The notes under the pieces were generated by a model. That model worked only from the letters and a program-made list of their open reading frames with translations, was not told the DNA's origin and did not search any database. A stretch of DNA of 64,000 nucleotides from an uncultured candidate division Zixibacteria bacterium. Lineage in GTDB: Bacteria; Zixibacteria; MSB-5A5; GN15; FEB-12. Where the stretch lies: assembly GCA_963664195.1 (NCBI GenBank), contig OY760907.1:1984001-2048000 (forward strand), read 5' to 3'. Made by a program: the position numbers and the translations under genes. This document shows, one piece after another, positions 28,782 through 35,513 of the stretch (position 1 is its first letter; every line of letters starts with the position of its first letter).

Positions 28782-30192
28782 ATGAAAAGGACCAAGATTC
28801 TCGCCACCTACGGACCCGCTGTGAATTCTCCCGAGACACTCCGGAAACTGATCTTTGCCGGCGCCGATGCCTTTCGAGTCAACTGTTCTCACGGTGACGG
28901 ACCGGAACTCGAAGCCGCCGCCAGAGTAATCAAAAAAGCTCGATTGAAAGCCCCCTACCCGGTCGGTATGCTGTTCGATATTTCCGGCCCGAAACTGCGC
29001 CTCGACCGGTTTGACGGCAGCCTGTCGATCAAGAAGGATCAGGAACTGACTCTCACTACCGGCAAAACCGATCTCACGAGGATGAAAATCGGCGTCAATC
29101 ATCCGGCCATCATCAAGTCCGTCAAGAAAAACGAACGGCTGTTTATCGACGACGGCAACCTGTTATTCGATATTGTCCGCGTCGGACGCACCAGCATTAC
29201 CGCCCGCGCCATCAACGGCGGAACGCTGCTGCCGGGCAAAGGGATCAACCTGCCGGATACGGATATCAAGATTCCGACCATTACGGAGAAGGACCGTCGC
29301 GATATCAAAACCGCCGTCAAAGCGGAGGCGGATTATATCGCGCTTTCGTTTGTGCGCTCGGGAGACGATATCATCGAGGCTCGCAAGCTGATCAAGCGCG
29401 ACGGCGGGCGACAGCAGGTGATCGCCAAACTGGAGAAACGTGAGGCGATTGAGAATATCGAAGAAATCATGATGCTCTCCGACGGCGTCATGATTGCCCG
29501 GGGGGATCTGGGCGTGGAACTTCCGCCGGAAGAACTGCCGAAGCTCCAGAAGCGTATAATCCGTATGGCGAACCGTCATCACAAACCGGTCATTGTGGCC
29601 ACGCAGATGCTTGAGTCGATGCGCTACTTCCCCACGTGCCACGAGGGCCGAGGTCAACGACGTCGCCTCGGCCGTGTTCGACTATGCCGATGCCGTCATG
29701 CTTTCGGCTGAAACCGCTACCGGCATGTATCCGGTCAAGGCTGTTACTACTATGCGGGAAGTGATCGAATCGACCGAAGAAGAAACCGTGCAACAGCATC
29801 CGGAACTTGACTCTGATCTGATCGGCATGCCGATCCCGTACGCCATCGCCCAGGCGGTCAGCCGAACCGATCAGTATTGTCAGACTGATTTGATTTTTGC
29901 GTTTACGACGTCCGGTTTCACCGCGGCGTTGATCTCGAATCTGTTCCCGCCGCAACCGGTGGTGGTGATGACTCACGATGACACGGTGATGCATCAGCTA
30001 ACCCTGCTCCGGTCCGTGTACCCGATCAAGGTCAACCAACCGACCTCGTTCGACGACATGCTGGCTACGGTCAACAGAATCTGTCGGACAAACAAGCTCG
30101 CCAGAAAGGGCCGACGCGTTATCATCACGGGCGGTGCCCCGTTCGGCTCGACTGTACCCACCAACGTTATGCTAATCCACGAGGTAGTCTGA
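28782..30192 (+). pseudogene. pyk: Pyruvate kinase, split by a single-base frameshift near 29628
   Basis: [32 protein letters not shown] in one frame; [21 protein letters not shown] continues in the +1 frame. Confidence 0.9.
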
Positions 30193-30193
30193 T

Positions 30194-31096
30194 ATGAAGT
30201 CCTCTCTTTCCAGAATGCTCGTCGTACTCTTTGCGCTACTGGTCGGCGTTGCCACCGTCGTTGCGCAAGGCACAAAGAAAAGCGATCAGAAAGCGACCAA
30301 GAAGATCGCGATTACGTTCGACGAGGTTCCCGCCGCGCGTACGTTCGGCGATGTCGACCGCGAGGCTCTGGCCTATCTCATTCTGGGCGCCCTCAAGAAA
30401 CACGAGGTCAAGGCGACCGGGTTTGTAGTAGGCAACCAGATAGAGGACAGCTTTGATATTCTTGGGCAATGGCTAAACGAGGGCCACACGCTCGGCAACA
30501 TGACCTTCACGGGTCAGGATTACAACGGCCTTACTCCGGAGCAGTTCGTTCGCGATATCCGCAAGGGGGCAGAGGAATTGGAGCCGATGCTGGCCGGGTT
30601 TGGCCAGAAGAAAAGATATTTTCGCTATCCGTACCTGCATTACGGCAATACCGAGGAACGTCGCGATGCGGTCGAACGCATTCTCGAAGACAAGGGGTAT
30701 GTGATTTCACCGGCGACGGTTATTCCCGAAGACTACCTGTACAATCTTTCGCTGGGGAAACTCGGCAAACGGCCGGACTCGGCCAAATTCGAGCAGCTAC
30801 TCAACGATTATGTCAATCATGTCCTCGACGAACTCGAACGTCAGGAGCAGCTTGCCAAGCAGGTGGTGGGGCGTTCGATCAGGCATATTCTGTTACTTCG
30901 CACGAACCGATTGAACGCGGTGTACCTCGACGAACTTCTCACGGCATTGGAGGCTGAGGGGTACACGTTTGTGACGCTTGACTACGCGTTGAAGGACAAA
31001 GTGTACCGCGAGGCCGAGGCGTATTTGGACTTGAAGGGCGTGAGTTATCTTGAGATGATCATCAACTCCGACCCCGATCATATTCCCGCGGAGTAG
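30194..31096 (+). CDS. Secreted polysaccharide deacetylase (CE4/NodB)-fold protein, catalytic residues degenerate
   Basis: AITFDEVP, KATGFV, GHTLGNMT, RYFRYPYL, ILLLRTN; signal peptide. Confidence 0.85.
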   Translation: MKSSLSRMLVVLFALLVGVATVVAQGTKKSDQKATKKIAITFDEVPAARTFGDVDREALAYLILGALKKHEVKATGFVVGNQIEDSFDILGQWLNEGHTLGNMTFTGQDYNGLTPEQFVRDIRKGAEELEPMLAGFGQKKRYFRYPYLHYGNTEERRDAVERILEDKGYVISPATVIPEDYLYNLSLGKLGKRPDSAKFEQLLNDYVNHVLDELERQEQLAKQVVGRSIRHILLLRTNRLNAVYLDELLTALEAEGYTFVTLDYALKDKVYREAEAYLDLKGVSYLEMIINSDPDHIPAE

Positions 31097-31108
31097 GGTG
31101 GGGCAGTT

Positions 31109-31135
31109 GTAGGTGGAGACTCTTGCAGTTTCGAC
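31109..31135. repeat. REP-like short palindrome, copy 2
   Basis: GTAG-GTGGAGACT-CTTGC-AGTTTCGAC just downstream of a stop codon. Confidence 0.45.
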
Positions 31136-31289
31136 AAACTGACGCGCTCCGGAGACCTATCGGTGGAGTCTCAAATGAACTCGCTTGACAACGCAACAAA
31201 ATCGAGCTATTGTTCGTCAGATAAGTGTATCTCTTGGTCTTCAACTATTACTTTGTCTTTGAGTGAATCACGCATTAATGGGAGGTGTA

Positions 31290-31724
31290 ATGCATCGTTT
31301 GAGATTGTTCCTAACAACCGGAATCTTGGTCGCTGTTATCGTCTTGGCGGCGATTCCGATTCAGGCAGACTTTGGCCGACCGATGTGGGCCTATTATTCC
31401 AAACCTGTGTCTCACGAGGCCAAAGGGGGACGCGTCACGCTGGATTTCACCGTGAGGGTGGGGCCTCCCCAGTGCACTGAGATAGAAGCCACTGTGTTGC
31501 CGCATGACGGCGTCGAGAACCCCGGCGTCGCCTCATGGACGGAAACGATAGAATTCCCGGATCATGATCCGCGTTTCGGCCTTGAACGCGCCAAATGGCC
31601 AACCTTCACAAAGCCGGTAGCCCATCCGTCCTCGGGTGGGGAACGTATTACATTGCTGCAGACCGTATTTCGCAGTACTCCAATGCCAGCTATTTCCCCG
31701 GAAACGTCCCCTCAAGCCTCTTGA
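31290..31724 (+). CDS. Hypothetical secreted protein, probably truncated
   Basis: GGAGG RBS, signal peptide, internal repeat (SKPVSHEAKGGRVTL / TKPVAHPSSGGERITL); 3' end overlaps the convergent gene. Confidence 0.5.
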   Translation: MHRLRLFLTTGILVAVIVLAAIPIQADFGRPMWAYYSKPVSHEAKGGRVTLDFTVRVGPPQCTEIEATVLPHDGVENPGVASWTETIEFPDHDPRFGLERAKWPTFTKPVAHPSSGGERITLLQTVFRSTPMPAISPETSPQAS

Positions 31725-32481
31725 ATTCACTGATTACCTGAGCTACGAAGTTCTTCTCTTTCTGCCCTTCGGGTCTGATTGTTACGACGACATCTGTTGT
31801 GGAAGCCCCGTCGGTGTGATAATAGCGCCCGCATCTCTCGATAACACTGGTTCCTCGGTCTGGTCTGCTCAAGATACACAAACTCTCGAGTTGCTCCAGA
31901 CACCAATTACCTGTGACGAACAGAGCACGCTTAGGTTTGTACACTTCTAGTTCGGAGCGTAGCAACTTCATGCAGCTCTCGCGTTGAATGTCCCTGATGT
32001 TCTTGTCCGGGTTTCCTCTCCGAACGGGGGATACTTTGTACAGGTTGCTCCAGATCAAGTATGAAGACCAGCATTTCTCTATGTTCTCAGCATTGGGGAT
32101 ATTCAAGCCCAGAGTGATTCCCCTAATCGTGCGCCAGAAGGGTGATTTGGCCGTGTTGTAGTCGACATCTCTATTGCGCCAATTGTACGTTACCCAATTG
32201 AGGCGATCTCCACTATTGGTGGCTCTGTTCTCTGTGGCTGCCTTGAGTTCATCGTCGAGGGTCAACTTGCCACTTGCGAAATCCTCCGGTGTCCAACCCA
32301 CCCTGTCTCCGCTTCCGTTGACCGCCCGTCCGACAACCATCAACGGATTGCCGCAATTTCTGGACTTTGTCCCCTGCTGTGGGGCGAAAAGGGTGAGCGG
32401 CTTGGAATTGAGACGTTTCTCATTTGAATCCACTACTCCTCGCAGAACTTCCCGCAACCCGTCAACTATTCTCTTGTCCAT
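31690..32481 (-). CDS. Hypothetical protein, possible uracil-DNA glycosylase-like fold
   Basis: LMVVGRAVNG, SPFWR, WSNLYKVSP..GNP, ELEVYKPKRALFVTG; GGAGGA RBS; AT-richer than its flanks. Confidence 0.6.
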   Translation of the reverse strand: MDKRIVDGLREVLRGVVDSNEKRLNSKPLTLFAPQQGTKSRNCGNPLMVVGRAVNGSGDRVGWTPEDFASGKLTLDDELKAATENRATNSGDRLNWVTYNWRNRDVDYNTAKSPFWRTIRGITLGLNIPNAENIEKCWSSYLIWSNLYKVSPVRRGNPDKNIRDIQRESCMKLLRSELEVYKPKRALFVTGNWCLEQLESLCILSRPDRGTSVIERCGRYYHTDGASTTDVVVTIRPEGQKEKNFVAQVISEFKRLEGTFPGK

Positions 32482-32675
32482 ATGAGTCCTCCCACGACAT
32501 CCCAAACATTTATGATGGTGATAATCGTCTGTGATATACACAATATATGCCGTTTGGTGATGCCTGTCAATCGCAGACCCCGGACTGGACCGGGCTACCG
32601 GCTAACTCTTTTCTCAGATGCACAACTAATGCGTGGTTGATCGGTAAGTCAATCGTCAGAGAATCGACAAGAGGA

Positions 32676-33035
32676 CTAGTCTTCTCTTTGATTGTTATCG
32701 GAAATGTCGAGCATCTGAGTGCCCTCGACGTACTCAACCGAGTCGGGCCTGGCGATGAGCAGGAGTCGGCGAGTGACGGTCAATATCCGGTCAGCCGACA
32801 TCTCAATGACCTTGAGCCTCTCGATTAACGATTTGTCAAGTTTCTCAGGATCGCGCAACAAGAGTCGGATGTTGCCGAGGATCGCCGCGAGAGGCGTATT
32901 GATTTCATGGTTGACGGTCACCGCCGTTTCAACGATGCCGGCCATTTTCTCGCGGTTCAGAGGTCTATTGATGGTCCTTGAACCAATCGACGGGACCTCC
33001 ACAGCGATATCCACGATTCGTTTTCTGTGGGCCAC
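32676..33035 (-). CDS. HisKA (dimerisation/phosphoacceptor)-only protein without an ATPase domain
   Basis: AVTVNHEINTPLAAILG H-box, tail VEYVEGTQMLDI; GTG start with RBS is likely, but the ORF is open to 33146. Confidence 0.75.
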   Translation of the reverse strand: MAHRKRIVDIAVEVPSIGSRTINRPLNREKMAGIVETAVTVNHEINTPLAAILGNIRLLLRDPEKLDKSLIERLKVIEMSADRILTVTRRLLLIARPDSVEYVEGTQMLDISDNNQRED

Positions 33036-33194
33036 AATAACCACCTTTTGCCTTTGTGCGAGTGTTATTTCCACGGGACTCTGTTCTGTTGCCCCACAAT
33101 CTGAACACGTACAATCGTCGTTTTGAAACAACTGCTGCCGTCGCAAGTAGTTGTGACATCACACAGTATATCATAACATATCTAAAACGGCCGG

Positions 33195-33240
33195 TCAATC
33201 GGCCTTAGGATTGAAAAAGAGGTCTAGTCCCTAAGATTGA
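33195..33240. promoter_or_regulatory. Tandem palindromic operator; other copies at 34598-34641 and 32649-32694
   Basis: TCAATC-N8-GATTGA-AAAAG-(A)GG.CTAG...GATT conserved in three intergenic regions. Confidence 0.7.
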
Positions 33241-33327
33241 GACTTCGCGGTTCGTTGGCGATTTCCCTGTTGCTCATTCCTCTGGAGATCAGGTCGATCA
33301 TACCGAAAGAGAGTCTGAGCTTGGTAG

Positions 33328-34071
33328 TCATCTCCAGCTCTGGATGGCAACGGCTCCGCCTTCATTCTCCCATCTCTCGGCGGCGGCATTTATCGGATAC
33401 TCTCGATTCCATATGGACGGCAGTCCTAGAGAGATGTTCTCGCGATCCAGCTCGAACTCGCAGCTGTTTGTCCCAACCACTGGCTGGCCGTCAGATGTTT
33501 TTTGAGAGCGATCGGCGGTCTCAAGGACATATCCTGGGATCAACCTTCGAAGTTTCGTGAGTATCACCTTCATGGAGTCTTCAGCAAGATCATTTATATA
33601 GGCGATTTCTGCGTAAGAGAATTGCTCACGATACAGTAGTGTCAGCATCAGGCGAGAGTGCGGTTTGAGACGTGCGACGGCTTCCTTGACGGCTACATCC
33701 GAGATTCCGGCGAGCAGCGGCAGCTGTGAGTGTTTAATCGCTGTCGTCGTGTTCTGCGGATTCTCTCCATCATAATCTGCAGATGCCCCTGCGTTTTCTG
33801 AATGAATTGGCGTGGATTGATACAACTGCTGTTTACGATTCCCTGAGCCAAGAAGCTCTCTCGTGAGTATTCTGAACAGCCATGCTTTGCGATTGACTGA
33901 ACTATCAGAATCAGGCCACTCCCGATAGCCTCGTGCCATGGTCTTCAGTACGAGTTCTTCAGCAAGACTGCTACGCAAGGTAAACCACAATGCGCTTTGC
34001 CAAAGCGAATCGAGGTGAGGGAAGGTGTCTTTCACAAACTGCTTCCGACGATCTGCTATTCCAGTGGTCAT
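33328..34071 (-). CDS. ECF sigma-70-like protein (degenerate) with a C-terminal extension
   Basis: AEELV..., KAWLFRI, AVARLKP..R..LTL.Y.EQFSYAEIA; tail ERWENEGG. Confidence 0.75.
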   Translation of the reverse strand: MTTGIADRRKQFVKDTFPHLDSLWQSALWFTLRSSLAEELVLKTMARGYREWPDSDSSVNRKAWLFRILTRELLGSGNRKQQLYQSTPIHSENAGASADYDGENPQNTTTAIKHSQLPLLAGISDVAVKEAVARLKPHSRLMLTLLYREQFSYAEIAYINDLAEDSMKVILTKLRRLIPGYVLETADRSQKTSDGQPVVGTNSCEFELDRENISLGLPSIWNREYPINAAAERWENEGGAVAIQSWR

Positions 34072-34102
34072 CTTGCATCTCCCGATTTCAAATGGCGCGG
34101 CA

Positions 34103-34345
34103 TCAAGTAGTGTGGGCCTTCTTGGGATGCGACTCGTACCGTTTGGCGGCCTGCGGCTCTTTGTTCTTGATAGCGCCAATTACGCACTTCCGAACTTCCG
34201 AGGTGTCAATGCCCTCGTGATGTCTGATATCAGCCGCTACCAGCCGGGCAATTTCCTGGGTGACACCGGCGCCCCGCATGGAGTTGAGGATTTTGTCCGT
34301 CTGGAAGCTCTCTTCTTTTCCGGACCGTTTGACTACGGTGTTCAT
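34103..34345 (-). CDS. Stand-alone ATP-cone domain protein
   Basis: VVKRSGKEESFQTDKILNSM..AG..IDTSEVR..V; 80 aa. Confidence 0.85.
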   Translation of the reverse strand: MNTVVKRSGKEESFQTDKILNSMRGAGVTQEIARLVAADIRHHEGIDTSEVRKCVIGAIKNKEPQAAKRYESHPKKAHTT

Positions 34346-34597
34346 AATTGACGCTCTCTTTCCTGGCTGACGCCATGCTGTTTGATTTCGTAACCAGCCC
34401 GCAGGGTTTCTCGAAACCCGGCTTCTGGCATACCCTGCTATTCCTTGCCTTGACACACTTACCAGCACGCAAGCTCGACAATATGAACCTGATGCCTCAG
34501 GGTAGTGTGGACTGGCAAGGTTGATTACTTGCTGTCGATGCAGGTCACTCCTACTGTCCCTTTACCACAACCAAATATACCTGAGTCGAACCGGCTA

Positions 34598-34641
34598 TCA
34601 ATCGGTCAAACGATTGAAAAAGGGACTAGATCGTAGGATTT
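34598..34641. promoter_or_regulatory. Tandem palindromic operator copy
   Basis: TCAATCGGTCAAACGATTGAAAAAGGGACTAGATCGTAGGATT; a TATATT -10-like element lies just downstream on the minus strand. Confidence 0.7.
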
Positions 34642-34655
34642 AGAGAATAGGGAGA

Positions 34656-35336
34656 TTAATCGGCATCGCTGTCCGGTGATTTTCTCACCATGCCTTCGGT
34701 GAGGGCGAAGGAGGCCAGTTCCAGCCGGGTGTGAAGAGCCAGTTTCTCCAGCGTGTTGTGGACGTGGCTCTTGACCGTATGAACGGCGATATGAAGTTCT
34801 TTGGAGATTTCCTTATTGCTCATCCCCCTCGAGATTAGATCGACCACCTCGTGTTCCCTCCTGGTCAACGCGACCGCCTTCATGAATCGGTCTGCTTTTC
34901 CACTCTTGACGGCGTACTCGACTATATGAGAGAAGAGAGAATCGGTCAGGGGTGAAGGCAGGACTTTCTTGCCCTCGGCGACCGACCGGATGGTGTGCAG
35001 AAAATCGTCGATGGTGGCATCCTTGAGGATGAAACCGGCGACACCCGCCTTAATGAATTCGGCGACTTCGGCCTGCGACGGGATTAGATCCATCACCACA
35101 ATCTCGGTCTTGGGGAATTCCTTCTTAATAGTCCCTGCAATTCGCAGGCTGTTCTGGCTGGCCAGACCAAGATCGAGGAGAACAACCTGGGGATTGATTT
35201 TCCTGGCTTTCGCAAGGGCATCACCATTGCCGGTCGACGACACAGCCTTGATATCCGGCTGATCGTTGATCATGGCGGTTATCCCCTCGCGCAGGAGCCG
35301 GTTATCTTCTATTAAGAGAACTCGTATTTTCGACAT
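34656..35336 (-). CDS. NarL/FixJ-family response regulator (REC + LuxR HTH)
   Basis: VLLIEDN, VVLLDL, GFILKD, LTRREHEV..GMSNKEIS..TVKSHV. Confidence 0.93.
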   Translation of the reverse strand: MSKIRVLLIEDNRLLREGITAMINDQPDIKAVSSTGNGDALAKARKINPQVVLLDLGLASQNSLRIAGTIKKEFPKTEIVVMDLIPSQAEVAEFIKAGVAGFILKDATIDDFLHTIRSVAEGKKVLPSPLTDSLFSHIVEYAVKSGKADRFMKAVALTRREHEVVDLISRGMSNKEISKELHIAVHTVKSHVHNTLEKLALHTRLELASFALTEGMVRKSPDSDAD

Positions 35337-35453
35337 ATATTAATACTATGAAACTCCGTTGGCAATGATATCAACTCAAAATAGAAATTCGGCGAAAGTC
35401 TGTCAAGTTTAATCCAAACTCCGTCCCCAGCACCCTGTTCCCCCGTTAAAACC

Positions 35454-35481
35454 TTGACGAAAGTCGATTTTCCATTATAAT
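35454..35481 (+). promoter_or_regulatory. Sigma70 promoter
   Basis: TTGACG-16 nt-TATAAT upstream of the HYR/dockerin gene. Confidence 0.6.
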
Positions 35482-35513
35482 GTAAGTACAACGTCTGCTT
35501 GTGAAAGGTGCGC

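Noticed and set aside
33036..33146. CxCxxC zinc motif N-terminal to the HisKA-only protein
   Set aside because: Probably upstream of the true GTG start (RBS at ~33041-33049) and close to the promoter, so likely untranslated
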